From contig OZ244937.1 in the NCBI GenBank assembly GCA_965222075.1, forward strand, positions 3,904,001 to 3,968,000: DNA of 64,000 nucleotides, in the 5' to 3' direction. Under the pieces are notes generated by a model. That model made no database searches, was not told the DNA's origin, and saw nothing but the letters and a program-made list of their open reading frames with translations. The position numbers and the translations under genes were made by a program. Positions within the stretch are counted from its first letter, which is position 1. Every line of letters starts with the position of its first letter. Source of the DNA: Candidatus Latescibacterota bacterium (GTDB lineage: Bacteria; Latescibacterota; UBA2968; GCA-2709665). This document shows positions 1 to 10,551 of this stretch, piece by piece.

Positions 1-515
1 GTGATCCACTCGTAGACCAACCCACCCATCACCAGCACCCCCTGACCCAGAAGCCAGAAAACCGCCGTGGTGAACACCGTCCCCAACCCGCCCGACACCA
101 CCCCGTAGATCACCAGTCCGGTCGCGATATAGGAGGCGCACACCACCGCGCCGGTCCCCGCGTTCTGGTCCCGTATTATTTCATCCCGGATCGAAAACCC
201 GTGCAGGATCAACCGGTCGTTGATCAGCCGCGACAGGTTCATCAACACAATCGACAGCGGGCCGAAAATCATCACATCGATCAGATCCTCCTCCAGCCCG
301 TGCGACGGCCCTGAGATCACCCCCCCGATCGCCAGCACCAGGCCCAGATAGTAGCCCACCATCGCCACTGCCAGGGCGGCGTTGTCCTTCTCCACCAACT
401 CCTCGCGCATCCGGTAACTTGGTGTGGTCCAGTCGTACACCAGTTTCCCGATCCAGAACAGCACAAAAGCACAGACGAGATAAATCCCCGAGGCCATCAA
501 ATTATTTAATATCAT
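1..515 (-). CDS. DUF350 family membrane protein (3' end runs off the window)
   Basis: Manual translation from ATG 515: MILNNLMASGIYLVCAFVLFWIGKLVYDW...REELVEKDNAALAVAMVGYYLG...RDEIIRDQNAGTG, i.e. repeated E-L/I-x-x-x-N-x-A helix units typical of DUF350. The ATG overlaps the upstream TGA (ATGA). Not in the ORF track. Confidence 0.8.
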   Translation of the reverse strand, partial: MILNNLMASGIYLVCAFVLFWIGKLVYDWTTPSYRMREELVEKDNAALAVAMVGYYLGLVLAIGGVISGPSHGLEEDLIDVMIFGPLSIVLMNLSRLINDRLILHGFSIRDEIIRDQNAGTGAVVCASYIATGLVIYGVVSGGLGTVFTTAVFWLLGQGVLVMGGLVYEWI

Positions 516-1210
516 TTTCCGAACCCCCCTCTGCTGCGGCTGCCAAAACCGGACCGGCTCCGGCCCGTCCGGCTTCGGACCTTCTGGGAAAACGAGCTCT
601 TGCGCCGCGCAGTCGCCTGCTTGCGGCGCTCGTAAAACGTCGGCTTCTGCTTTTTGGTCACCGACCCCTGTGTCCCCCACTCCCGGTTGCGCCCATAGTA
701 GGGCCGCCCCCGGTCCCGGTAGGTCCGGTAATCGTTGTAATCGGCCCGCTGGATCGACCGTCCGCCCCCCCCCATCAGATCCCGCATCAGCGCGTACTGC
801 CCGTAAAACACCCAGAAACTGGACCCGCCCCGATTGTCCCAGCGCCCGTAGTGCGGGTTGCCCACATAGTGGTAGCCCGCCGGGTGGGGCGTATTGTTCA
901 CGCCCTTATCCGACTTGGCCGCCAGCGCCATGCCCAGAAAGGCCTCGTACCTCCGATAAACCGACTCGGGCACCTCGATCCAGCCCGTCACGCGCTGCCG
1001 GCCGCCCTGAACCACCTTGTACTTATGGTAGTAGTCCGGGAAAAAACTCCCCTTCTCCTGCATATCCTCAAGCGTAATCGTATACTCCGGAGCGCGCGCC
1101 AGGCTCTTCTGCATCTCCTCCACCGGGTTCCGGGGCCCACCGCAGCCCCACGCCCACAGCAGGAACCCCACAAGCACCACCGGCGATCTGATCCTGCGAA
1201 CACTTTCCAT
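512..1210 (-). CDS. Hypothetical lipoprotein with Arg/Ser/Gly-rich C-terminal tail
   Basis: Hydrophobic N-terminus ending in lipobox-like AWGC; YVGNPHYGRW and FWVFYGQY motifs; basic tail; coupled to the DUF350 gene. Confidence 0.75.
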   Translation of the reverse strand: MESVRRIRSPVVLVGFLLWAWGCGGPRNPVEEMQKSLARAPEYTITLEDMQEKGSFFPDYYHKYKVVQGGRQRVTGWIEVPESVYRRYEAFLGMALAAKSDKGVNNTPHPAGYHYVGNPHYGRWDNRGGSSFWVFYGQYALMRDLMGGGGRSIQRADYNDYRTYRDRGRPYYGRNREWGTQGSVTKKQKPTFYERRKQATARRKSSFSQKVRSRTGRSRSGFGSRSRGGFGK

Positions 1211-1288
1211 ACACACCCCCAGTTTCAGCGTTCGACCTCTCCTACCCGATGCTGTTGCCTTTACTGACCCCTGATTTCCATCCCCTCA

Positions 1289-1317
1289 AAGATATATCCT
1301 CTTTCCCGGCAGGTCAA
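1289..1317 (-). promoter_or_regulatory. Putative sigma70 promoter for the lipoprotein-DUF350 genes
   Basis: TTGACC-17 nt-TATCTT on the minus strand. Confidence 0.45.
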
Positions 1318-1435
1318 GGCGCTTGCCTATCCCCGCCTGACATACCAGCTGGATCCCAGCAGAATACCTTCCATAAGGACTAAATTCATATTTATAAAAA
1401 CTTATTTTGATAAAACTGGCGCAGGCGTTGCTGTT

Positions 1436-2779
1436 TCAGACCTGTTGTAACGCTGTTCTCACTGAGGATACGAGTTGGTCAATGTGGGTATCCTCCATAG
1501 GGAGCGAGACGTTTCCGCCCTGTTTCCAGTAGATCCCCTGGTTGAGGAGAGAGAAGGTGAGCCATTTGTGCATGGCCGCGTCGTCCTGGACGGCTGCGCG
1601 GTAGTTGCGCGGTTTTTCGGGGAGGAAGTGGACGCGGAAGAGGGAGCCTGCGACGGTGACCTGGGCCTGGATGTCGGCCTCTTTGAATACGGCGTCCAGT
1701 TTTGATCCCAGCCGCACGGTCAATGAATTCAGTTTGGCGTAGGCCCCGGGTGTGAGGATGCGAAGCGTGGCGAGGCCGGCGACCATGGCGATGGGATTGG
1801 CGTTGTAGGTGCCGGAATGCGGAATCTGGGGTGCGCCGGAGGTGGGGTCGTAGAGGGCCATGACATCGGCCCGGCCGCCGAAGACGCTGCCGGGGGTTCC
1901 GCCCGCGACGACTTTGCCCATGCAGGTGAGGTCCGGCCGGACGTTGTAGCGTTCCTGGGCGCCGCCCCGGGAGACCCTGAAGCTGATGATTTCGTCGAAG
2001 ATGAGGAGGACGCCTGCGCCTTCGGTGATTTCTCTGAGGCGGGTGAGAAAACCGTTGGCAGGGAGGGTCATTCCCGCGGCCGTGGAGAGGGGGTCCACAA
2101 TGACGGCGGCCAGATCGTTCGCATTTTCGGTGATGATTTCACCGCAGGCTTCGGGGTTGTTGAAGGGGAGGACGATGACGTTTTCCACGGCCTCGGGCGT
2201 GAGGCCCGCCGAGGTGGGAAACGAATGGGGACGGTAGGCGGGACCCAGGTCCGGACCGGGCGGGGGCAGGTAACTGACCATGACGTACTCGTCCATGCCG
2301 TGATACGCGCCCTCGAATTTGGCAATTTTATGCTTGCCTGTAAAGGCCCTGGACGCCCTGATGGCGTTCAATACGGCTTCGGTGCCCGAGCTGCAGAAAC
2401 GCACGCGCTCTAAGGAGGGTATCCGCTCGCGCAGGCACTCGGCCATTTCGACTTCAAGGGCCAGGGGACGGGAGAAGCCGGTGCCTTTTGCCACCCGGTC
2501 CTGGAGCGCACCGACGACGACGGGGTGGGCGTGGCCCAGGATGAGGGCGGTGTTGTTGTTGACGAAGTCGAGCAGGCGGTGGCCGTCTAAGTCGATTAAG
2601 TAGACGCCTTCGCCTCGGTCGGCGTAGATCGGAAAGGGGTCGAAATAGACGCCGGTGCGGGTGTTGCCGCCCGGCAGCGATGTTTTGGCCCGTTCGAACA
2701 TCTGCCGGGAGCGTGGGTTCCTGTCCATGTATTCGGCGATGAGGGCGTCCAGGGAGGCTTGTGTTTTTCGGTTTGCCAT
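1436..2779 (-). CDS. Class III PLP aminotransferase, glutamate-1-semialdehyde aminomutase-like
   Basis: LPGGNTR, LILGHAHP, FCSSGTEA, KFEGAYHG, FDEIISFR, MGKVVAGG, HSGTYNANP. Start set at MANRK after GAGG. Confidence 0.9.
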   Translation of the reverse strand: MANRKTQASLDALIAEYMDRNPRSRQMFERAKTSLPGGNTRTGVYFDPFPIYADRGEGVYLIDLDGHRLLDFVNNNTALILGHAHPVVVGALQDRVAKGTGFSRPLALEVEMAECLRERIPSLERVRFCSSGTEAVLNAIRASRAFTGKHKIAKFEGAYHGMDEYVMVSYLPPPGPDLGPAYRPHSFPTSAGLTPEAVENVIVLPFNNPEACGEIITENANDLAAVIVDPLSTAAGMTLPANGFLTRLREITEGAGVLLIFDEIISFRVSRGGAQERYNVRPDLTCMGKVVAGGTPGSVFGGRADVMALYDPTSGAPQIPHSGTYNANPIAMVAGLATLRILTPGAYAKLNSLTVRLGSKLDAVFKEADIQAQVTVAGSLFRVHFLPEKPRNYRAAVQDDAAMHKWLTFSLLNQGIYWKQGGNVSLPMEDTHIDQLVSSVRTALQQV

Positions 2780-3381
2780 TTTGCACCTCTTTTGGCTTTG
2801 CACCGGCTTGGGGGAATACAACCACAGTCGATAGACTGTCTTTCGTGCCGGATATTTCAAAAGGGCATCACACTTCGAGGTCTTTTCCCAATATAGGGAA
2901 CAAGGGCATGATATCAAGTCTTCTTTCAGATGCGCACCTTCCCTGGCGATGAGCCCGATGCGGTACAAAGCCTGTACTTCTACGCTTTACCTCTTCAAAT
3001 AAGAGGCTTCCAACCTTGTCACCTCAAGCGGCTCAGAGAATTCGTTTGACTGCGATCGCTATAGGGATTATCTTAATCTCAAGGGGGGATATGCAAAACT
3101 GTATGGTATCCGAAAAGGACAGACCGAGGTACAGAAATGGCGGCTCAACAGCCTGAGGCGCTGAACGGCTCGCTTTGATCGGCAACATCGCCCTGTGATC
3201 CTCGACGTTAGTACGCGATTTCTGAACTATAGATCCCCGTCAGTCGTGCTATCTGGCGGGGATTCTCTACACGGGTTCAGAGGTCCACGGACGTTCCGAG
3301 TTCCACCCTTCCCTAACTTGGAACTGAAAGAATCAAACCTATGGACATACCTACGCGCGAAGTGTTCGGCAACATCACGCC

Positions 3382-3747
3382 GAAGGGCCGATCACGCTGC
3401 ACGACCCCTGTTACCTGGCGCGGGTAAATGGAGAGGTCGACGCCCAGCGAAAAGTGATCGGTGGGGTTGCTCAGCGTTCCTTCCGCGAAATGCCCCGTCA
3501 CGGCGAGAAGACCTTCTGCTGCGGCGCCGGCGGCGGACGCATGTGGTTCGAGGAGGACCCCAAACAGCGGGTATCGCACCTGCGCGCCCGGGAAGCAGTG
3601 GCCACCGGCGCCGAAACGCTCTGCACCGCCTGCCCGTTCTGCCTCAACATGATAAGCGACGGAATGGCCGCTGTCGAAGGTGGCCAGAATGTGGAAGTGC
3701 TCGATATTTCGGAGGTATTGGTCAATAGCCGAAAAGGAGAATGCTGA
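3382..3747 (+). pseudogene. C-terminal CCG-domain remnant of an Fe-S oxidoreductase (FadF/HdrD-like)
   Basis: In-frame ITLHDPCYLAR...FCCGAGGGRMW...CTACPFCLNM. The same frame has a stop at about 3325 and there is no N-terminal Fe-S or membrane part. Confidence 0.8.
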
Positions 3748-6254
3748 TGCATCTGAATGCCGAAGTTGTGGTAATCGGTGCGGGCATCGTGGGAAACTGC
3801 GTGGCTTACCACCTCGCCAAAAACGGTTGGAAGGACATCCTGTTGCTCGACAAGGGCCCGCTTCCCAACCCGGGCGGTTCGACCGGGCACGCCTCGAACT
3901 TCATTTTTCCCCTCGACCACTCCAAAGAGATGACCCTGCTCACCCTGGACAGCATGAGACAGTACAAGGAACTGGGGGTCTTCACGGAGAGCGGCGGCAT
4001 CGAAGTTGCCCGCACAGAAGAACGTATGGAAGAACTCCGGCGCAGGATGGCTTCGGCAAAAGCCTGGGGCGTAGAAGCGGAACTCATTACAACCGGCGAA
4101 GTCAAGAAGCTGGTGCCGTTTATCAACTCCGACCTCCTCCTTGGCGGCTTCTGGTCTCCCACGGTGGGTGTGGTCGATTCCCTGCGCGCGGGAACGCTCA
4201 TGCGCGAAGAGAGCCAGGCCCTGGGTGCGCTCAAGATTCTGCCAACTACCGAAATCGTGGATATTGAGGTCGAGCATGGGCGCGTAAAGGGAATAAAGAC
4301 CAACAAAGGCGACATCCGTACCGAATACGTGGTCATCGCCTGCGGCGTCTGGAGTCCCCGCATCGCCCGCATGGCCGGCGCCACCATCCCGCTTACCCCG
4401 GCGGTGCACCAGATGATCAGCGTCGGCCCCATCCCGCTCTTCGAGAAGACCGTGGGGGAGATCGAGTACCCCATTGTGCGCGACATGGATACTTTCATGT
4501 ACGAGCGTCAAAACGGCAGCGACATTGAGATCGGCTCCTACGCCCACCGGCCCATTCTCCACGATCCCGACGACATTCCCTCGATCGAAGAAGCGGCCCT
4601 CTCTCCCACCGAGCTGCCCTTCACCCAGGATGACTTCGATCCTCAAATGGAACAGGCCCTGGACCTCATGCCGGATATCCTGGACGACGAACGGGTCGGC
4701 ATCCGTCACGCTGTCAACGGGCTGCTCTCGTTGACCCCGGACGGGGCGCCCATCCTCGGCGAGACGGCCGAGGTCAAAGGCCTCTGGTCCGCTGCCGCAG
4801 TGTGGATCAAGGAAGGCCCCGGGGTAGGACGGGTTGTTGCCGAGTGGATGACCACAGGAGCGCCGGAAATCGACCCGCACACCTCGGATGTCGCCCGCTT
4901 CTACGACTACGCCCGATCCAGAGCGCATATCCACGGCCGCACCTCCGAGGCGTTCAACAAGACCTACGGAATCATCCACCCGGCGGAACAATGGGCGTCG
5001 AACCGAAACGTCCGGGTCAGCCCCTTCTACACGCGTGAGGAGGCGCTTGGCGCGGTGTTCTTCGAAACGGCCGGCTGGGAACGCCCGCACTGGTACGCCT
5101 TCAACAAGAACCTGCTGGAGACGTACGCCAACCGTGTCCAGGACCGTCCCGCAGAGTGGGATTCACGGTGGTGGTCGCCCATCGTCAACGCCGAGCACCT
5201 GGCCATGCGTGACCGGGTCGCGATCATCGACCTGACGGCCCTTGCCGTCTTCGACGTAATCGGTCCCGGTGCCCTCGACTATATCCAGCGCATGGCCGTA
5301 AACCAGATGGATGTCAAGGTCGGGCGGGCGGTCTACACCCCACTGCTGAACGCACACGGCGGTTTCAAGGCCGATTTGACCATCACGCGTCGTGGCGAAA
5401 ATGAATTCCGAATCGTCACCGGCGGTGCCGATGGCCCCAGGGACAAGAAGTGGTTTCGTGACCACCTTCCGGAGGACGGCGCCGTGCAGCTCCACGACCT
5501 CACCTCGGCCCTGTGCACGGTCGGTGTCTGGGGCCCCCATGCACGCGACCTCCTCCAAACGGTCACCGAAGACGACGTCTCTGATGCCGGCTTCTCCTAC
5601 GGCACAGCTGTGGACATCACCATCGGCACCGTGAGGGTATGGGCGTTGCGCATCTCCTATGTGGGTGAACTCGGTTGGGAGCTTTACGTGCCCATGGAGC
5701 AGGGACTGCTGGTCTGGGACACCCTCTGGGAGGCCGGCCAGAAATATGGGATCGTACCGGCCGGCATTGGCGTATACGGTACCACTGCCCGTCTGGAGAA
5801 GGGCTACCGGCTCTTCGGAAGCGAACTTGAGTCCGACTACAACCCGGTCGAAGCCGGCCTTGCCCGTCCGAAGGTCAAACGCCATGATTTCATCGGCAAA
5901 GCAGCCTACCTGCAGGCTCGCGCCGAGCCGCCGGCCGCGCACCTGTGCACTCTGACGGTGGAAGATCACACTTCCTCGTCGGGCGTGCGCCGCTGCATGC
6001 TCGGCCGCGAGCCGATCTTAACGTCAGACGGCGACGCCATTGTAGACAGCAAGGGCAGGCGCTCGTACGTAACCAGCGCGGGGGCGGGGCCGTCGGTGGG
6101 CAAGCACCTTTTGCTCGCCTACCTGCCGCCAGGGTATGCCAGGGTCGGTACCTACCTGACCGTCGAGTACATGGCCGAGCGCTACCCGGTAACCGTCGCC
6201 GTCGTGGGCAGCACGCCCTTTTTCGATCCCTACAACGCACGCATGAAAAATTGA
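3741..6254 (+). CDS. GcvT-family FAD-dependent N-methylamine oxidoreductase (dimethylglycine/sarcosine dehydrogenase-like)
   Basis: [11 protein letters not shown] motif, [31 protein letters not shown]; 837 aa DAO plus GcvT architecture. Confidence 0.92.
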   Translation: MLMHLNAEVVVIGAGIVGNCVAYHLAKNGWKDILLLDKGPLPNPGGSTGHASNFIFPLDHSKEMTLLTLDSMRQYKELGVFTESGGIEVARTEERMEELRRRMASAKAWGVEAELITTGEVKKLVPFINSDLLLGGFWSPTVGVVDSLRAGTLMREESQALGALKILPTTEIVDIEVEHGRVKGIKTNKGDIRTEYVVIACGVWSPRIARMAGATIPLTPAVHQMISVGPIPLFEKTVGEIEYPIVRDMDTFMYERQNGSDIEIGSYAHRPILHDPDDIPSIEEAALSPTELPFTQDDFDPQMEQALDLMPDILDDERVGIRHAVNGLLSLTPDGAPILGETAEVKGLWSAAAVWIKEGPGVGRVVAEWMTTGAPEIDPHTSDVARFYDYARSRAHIHGRTSEAFNKTYGIIHPAEQWASNRNVRVSPFYTREEALGAVFFETAGWERPHWYAFNKNLLETYANRVQDRPAEWDSRWWSPIVNAEHLAMRDRVAIIDLTALAVFDVIGPGALDYIQRMAVNQMDVKVGRAVYTPLLNAHGGFKADLTITRRGENEFRIVTGGADGPRDKKWFRDHLPEDGAVQLHDLTSALCTVGVWGPHARDLLQTVTEDDVSDAGFSYGTAVDITIGTVRVWALRISYVGELGWELYVPMEQGLLVWDTLWEAGQKYGIVPAGIGVYGTTARLEKGYRLFGSELESDYNPVEAGLARPKVKRHDFIGKAAYLQARAEPPAAHLCTLTVEDHTSSSGVRRCMLGREPILTSDGDAIVDSKGRRSYVTSAGAGPSVGKHLLLAYLPPGYARVGTYLTVEYMAERYPVTVAVVGSTPFFDPYNARMKN

Positions 6255-6258
6255 ACGC

Positions 6259-6543
6259 GGAGCCTCGCGTGCGGTCACAACACACGGCTGGCGGCCTCAC
6301 TCCGATCAGGTTGGACAGACCGGGGCGCGGATTGCGCCCGATCTGTACATCGCCTGCGGAATCAGCGGAGCGATTCAGCATCTGGTCGGCTGCAAGGCAT
6401 CCAAGCACATCCTGGCGATCAACACCGACCCGGAGGCACCGATCGTGACCAAAGCCGACTACGCAGTGATCGGCGACCTCCACGAGGTCGTTCCGGCCCT
6501 GTGTGAGGAAATCAGGAAAGTCAAGAAAGTCGCACCATCATAA
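6259..6543 (+). pseudogene. etfA: C-terminal remnant of electron transfer flavoprotein alpha subunit
   Basis: Manual translation [44 protein letters not shown]...[10 protein letters not shown]...GDLHEVVP*. No start codon; begins 4 nt after the gcvT-like stop. Confidence 0.88.
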
Positions 6544-6600
6544 TCCAGGGCGAATCAACGCGACTCCTTCTGGTGAGCGGCCAGGACGGCCGCCGCAGAC

Positions 6601-7755
6601 TCAAACGCCGTCCTGTCGCTTCCACGTAAGCGGCAGCGGGTACCAGGATTCGAGGGGTGCCGCCACCTCCGGCAGGGGCATCACCAGCGATGGCGGCAGC
6701 GGGCCGAACAGGAGGCGCATTGCCGTCGGCGCATCGCAGGACACGTCGGGGTCCTCATCCGCTGCCGCACAACCCGCTTCGTCCCTATCCGCCTGCAGCC
6801 GGATGGCGCCATAATCCTTGATGCCGACCACCACAGCCCCATCCGCCATCGGACCGCTGAGCCGCCGCATCTTCATCAGCGCATCGGTTACGGCAGCCCA
6901 GTCGATCACCTGCCAATTGCCCGAGGATTTCACGCTGGTTGATTCGCAGATGCGTCCGAGCCTGTGGATCAGATTGCAGGCGATGGGAGCGATGTCGATC
7001 GTTGCACTCTGCTCACTGTGATGGGCCACCCACGCTTGAAGCATCTCCAATACGATATCATCACCCTCGGCGCCCAGTTCGGCCACGTAATCCGATTTCT
7101 CGTTGGCCGCAAGATAGCCCACCATGCGGCCGCTGCCATCCAGCGCGGCGAACAACCCGAAGGACCGGCTTGTACAGTATATGTGGAAGTCTTCCAGCAA
7201 CCGCTGGCAATACATGGGCTGCGCGTCGTGCAACGCTTTGGCCCTGGCAATACGCTCCCGGTCTTCGGGTCCGATTGCCTCAAAGCGGATATCCAAATCG
7301 CCCTCAAAACAGTGTTTCAGATTCCTCTTGTTCACCGTGAACACGCTCGTATTCCCGCACCGTTCGTACCCGAAGTACAGGTAGCGCTGGCGCTGGCCTC
7401 CGAGCCAGGAAAGCGGATACTTCTGTGCTTTCATCAGCTTCACGCAGTGTTCCATCAGCGCTGTCATCAGGCCCGAGCCGCGCAGGTCCGGATGGGCGGA
7501 CACACCGCCGATGCCCCCGACCCGAAGCGCCGCGTCGCCCACATGCCAGGTGGTGGGAAACAGACCCACGACGGCGCAGATGCGCCCATCCCTTTTGATC
7601 GCGTAGTTGTTGGCCATGTGCCTGTCGGTTGGCCGGTAAATGGATGGAAGCATTTCTGCAAAATCGATCGGACCGTGTTCGCTGAAGGCGAGGTTGAGAA
7701 AATCTATCGCCTCCTCGAAATCGTCTGCAGTAAGCTGGGTAATATCATCGGCCAT
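6601..7755 (-). CDS. GNAT acetyltransferase, Eis-like
   Basis: GGIGGVSAHPDLRGSGLM acetyl-CoA motif, YLYFGYE, sterol-carrier-like C-terminus; about 384 aa. Confidence 0.8.
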   Translation of the reverse strand: MADDITQLTADDFEEAIDFLNLAFSEHGPIDFAEMLPSIYRPTDRHMANNYAIKRDGRICAVVGLFPTTWHVGDAALRVGGIGGVSAHPDLRGSGLMTALMEHCVKLMKAQKYPLSWLGGQRQRYLYFGYERCGNTSVFTVNKRNLKHCFEGDLDIRFEAIGPEDRERIARAKALHDAQPMYCQRLLEDFHIYCTSRSFGLFAALDGSGRMVGYLAANEKSDYVAELGAEGDDIVLEMLQAWVAHHSEQSATIDIAPIACNLIHRLGRICESTSVKSSGNWQVIDWAAVTDALMKMRRLSGPMADGAVVVGIKDYGAIRLQADRDEAGCAAADEDPDVSCDAPTAMRLLFGPLPPSLVMPLPEVAAPLESWYPLPLTWKRQDGV

Positions 7756-7820
7756 GTGAATCGGCTCCCCTGTGTTTTTTTGCACCGGAACACTGTCTTA
7801 TGTTCACAGAAAACCTCCGA

Positions 7821-7853
7821 GGAAGCCCACGGATTTATCCGTGGGTGACTGAC
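7821..7853. mobile_element. Solo IS200/IS605-type end (palindromic hairpin plus TGAC-like terminus)
   Basis: GGAAGCCCACGGA-TTTA-TCCGTGGG-TGACTGAC, a perfect 8-bp stem resembling IS605-family subterminal hairpins; no tnpA/tnpB nearby. Confidence 0.55.
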
Positions 7854-7881
7854 GTGCTCGCGGCCCCTGTCCGCCCCCGGG

Positions 7882-10521
7882 TCAGTCTGCTCCAACTACG
7901 GTCGTGGCCAGCGGGATCAAGAAAGAATTCCGCCCTTCGATCTCCCGGAGCGGGAAATAGACCTCCCATGTCGTATCCTCATCGATCCGAAGCCCGTGGT
8001 CGTGCGTCAACACAACCATCTTCTTCCCATCGCGCGTCTCGACCCGGTCGATCTCATAGCCGTGCGTGAAGCCGTTGCCGTGGGTGACAATCATCCACAC
8101 CCCGCGCAGGCTCTCACCTTCAGGAACGTCGGCATCCACAACAAAGGCATCCTGTTCCGAACCGTCGCTCTTGCGTGTTGCGCCCACAACCCCTCCCTCG
8201 TACCGATTCCTTTGAGCCTCCAGCCGCCGGCCACCGGCCGCCAGCTCCTCGCCCTCGAACAGCCACGCGTCGGTCGTCTCTCCCGCTGCCTGTCGTACCA
8301 CCCCCAGGCGTCCTTTCAAGCCGACCCCGTTCGACGTGACCCGTTCCGGATACGGCGGCGCGTCGAGCGTACTGATAATCGTATCCACACCTCCGGCGTG
8401 TGTAACCTGAAGCGCAACAGCCTGGCTGTCGGCAGGAGTCACCGTCAACAGCTCGACACCCTCAACAAACGGATGCCCCGAGAACGGCTCCTCGACCGCG
8501 ACAAAAGTACTCATCAGAGGCGCTTCACCACGCCGTCGAACCACCAGCTGAGGCATCCAGAAGTCATAGACCTTTCTCATATCCCCTTGCGTGCCCTTTC
8601 CCATCCGGCGAACCGAGGGCGCCCGGCCCAGCCACACTTCCGCATCCTCGCCCTGACCCTTAGAACACGCAACCATGTGCACGCGCATCCCCTTCTCCAG
8701 CTCCCCGGCGTAAGCGAAGTCGATCCTGGCGTTCCCGTTCGACTCCCCCCTCTGCACATCGCGGACCATGCCGTACGGATTGAACTTAGCGCCCTGCATC
8801 GTGGGCTCGTCCCACGCCTCGCCAGGTTCCAGCATCCATTTCCGGGGTTCGTCTAAAGGAAGACTGCACGTGGCCATCGTATCCTCATCGGCGTCCCCGT
8901 GAAGCGCCCAGTCGTGAACCCCTCCCCCGCGAACCCGGAAAACGTCCACCACGTAGGCGTCCGAATCGGACACCGGGACCATCGCCAGCATCCGCCGGTA
9001 CAGGTCCAGCCCCTCGATCTCGCCATACCCGCGTCTGCCGTCCGCCTCAACCACACCCACCCCGCCGGTATCGGGGAAAAACCAGAGCAGATCACCGTCC
9101 GACTCGCGGCTGCTCTGATCCGTGCGGTCCACCACAACCGTATTGTGTCCCAGCGTGGTGAGCGTCCAGTGGCGCATCTGCGTCCATGTGTACCCGAGGT
9201 CCGGCAGCATTTCACTGCCTTTGGCAAACAGCGTCAGGTTCAGATTGTCAAGATGACTGTGTCCGTACGCCCCTGAGAAATGCAGTTGAGCCTGCATCTG
9301 GTTCCCGTCCATCCCTCGCCCGAGGGACGCGTGCCCGTAGCCCGGAGCGATCGTGGATGTTGTTCTGTTTCGCGGTTTCGAGCGCCGCTCACCAGCCCAC
9401 GTGTCATGGACCGGTGTCGAACAGCCGTTGGGAAAATCGAGCGCTTGCGGTGCCCGCTGTATATTTACCCAGAACGGAACCTCCCTGTGGGGATCGAGAT
9501 CGTCAAACCGCGTCCCGTCGATCGCATCCACATAGCCCGGCGGATCCGAGTAGCCCCTGACCGTATCGAGCGCGCTTTTCAGCCCGCCCACTGTCATGTA
9601 ATGATACGAGGGCGCCTCCTTCCACATCCCGTCGTAGAAAAAGCCTTCGTCAATGTTCTGCACCATCCACCCGAACGCCCGGTGAACGTAGCCTGGTTCG
9701 TGGATCACCTGACCCAGAATAGCCACGCCGGTCACGTCATACCCCACTATGTTGCCCACATGATAGGTACTCAACGCCGCGACCTCGTAAGTCTCTCGGA
9801 GAAAGTCGTTCTCCAGCTTCTCCCGGATGTTGTATCCCCGCTCTTGAGACAATCGGACAAATTCCTGGCTCTCGTAGACCATATCGTAGGCCGCAATCAC
9901 GTCTTTGGGTATCTCACTGTGGAAATAACCCCATCGCCCCGCGTCCCAGTTGAAAGGCGGCTCTTGAGACTCGCAGAATCTGACGTTGCGACAGGACCGA
10001 TTGTGCAGTGCAGGGTAGTGGGGATAAACCTGCGCGCATCTGTCAAGCACAAGCACCACACGTCGTGCGTACTGTTCCTTGCCTGTCACCTGGTATGCCT
10101 TGCCCAGCGCCAGGCACTGCTCTAAGAGCCACCGCCGTTTGTACAACAGCAAGTGCATACTGAAGAAATGAGGGATCTCACGGGCTTCATTGAGGTAGTA
10201 CGGCAGACGAACCTCTTCGCCAGGCCTGTTCTTACCGGACAAGATCCGGTCCTCCCGATACTTTTCGCTGGGATAGGGCACCTCGCCGCAGTAGCGGCAT
10301 TTCAGCTCGTCCGGCCGGTCAACCGTCCACGTGAACACTCCGTTGCCCTGGACGCCACCGTAGCAGTTGGGACATTCGCAGCAAGATATGTATCCGTATT
10401 CCGGCACAAAAGAAACCACCCCCTCCTCGCCCATCGCCATCACGCGCACCACCGCATTCTCGTACTCAGCCGCTCTGGCCTTGTCGATCTGATAATCTCG
10501 AACCGAATGTTTGACATCCAT
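7882..10521 (-). CDS. Heparinase II/III family protein
   Basis: DGMWKEAPSYH, GHSHLDNLNL, PDLGY and GHNTVVVD motifs. Confidence 0.8.
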   Translation of the reverse strand: MDVKHSVRDYQIDKARAAEYENAVVRVMAMGEEGVVSFVPEYGYISCCECPNCYGGVQGNGVFTWTVDRPDELKCRYCGEVPYPSEKYREDRILSGKNRPGEEVRLPYYLNEAREIPHFFSMHLLLYKRRWLLEQCLALGKAYQVTGKEQYARRVVLVLDRCAQVYPHYPALHNRSCRNVRFCESQEPPFNWDAGRWGYFHSEIPKDVIAAYDMVYESQEFVRLSQERGYNIREKLENDFLRETYEVAALSTYHVGNIVGYDVTGVAILGQVIHEPGYVHRAFGWMVQNIDEGFFYDGMWKEAPSYHYMTVGGLKSALDTVRGYSDPPGYVDAIDGTRFDDLDPHREVPFWVNIQRAPQALDFPNGCSTPVHDTWAGERRSKPRNRTTSTIAPGYGHASLGRGMDGNQMQAQLHFSGAYGHSHLDNLNLTLFAKGSEMLPDLGYTWTQMRHWTLTTLGHNTVVVDRTDQSSRESDGDLLWFFPDTGGVGVVEADGRRGYGEIEGLDLYRRMLAMVPVSDSDAYVVDVFRVRGGGVHDWALHGDADEDTMATCSLPLDEPRKWMLEPGEAWDEPTMQGAKFNPYGMVRDVQRGESNGNARIDFAYAGELEKGMRVHMVACSKGQGEDAEVWLGRAPSVRRMGKGTQGDMRKVYDFWMPQLVVRRRGEAPLMSTFVAVEEPFSGHPFVEGVELLTVTPADSQAVALQVTHAGGVDTIISTLDAPPYPERVTSNGVGLKGRLGVVRQAAGETTDAWLFEGEELAAGGRRLEAQRNRYEGGVVGATRKSDGSEQDAFVVDADVPEGESLRGVWMIVTHGNGFTHGYEIDRVETRDGKKMVVLTHDHGLRIDEDTTWEVYFPLREIEGRNSFLIPLATTVVGAD

Positions 10522-10551
10522 CGCCGTTCCTCCCGCGTCTCAGTCTACGGA

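Noticed and set aside
1436-2779. Calling either class III aminotransferase hemL
   Set aside because: Two divergent paralogs lacking the PGGVNSPVR signature and with no tetrapyrrole gene context
2790-3380. Coding or structured RNA content in the divergent intergenic region
   Set aside because: Short protein-like patches but no motif, repeat or fold I could support
3498-5090. Long antisense ORFs (also 10954-12129, 33865-35394, 42462-43817, 62099-63187 and others)
   Set aside because: Shadow frames of GC-rich genes that have clear family motifs on the opposite strand
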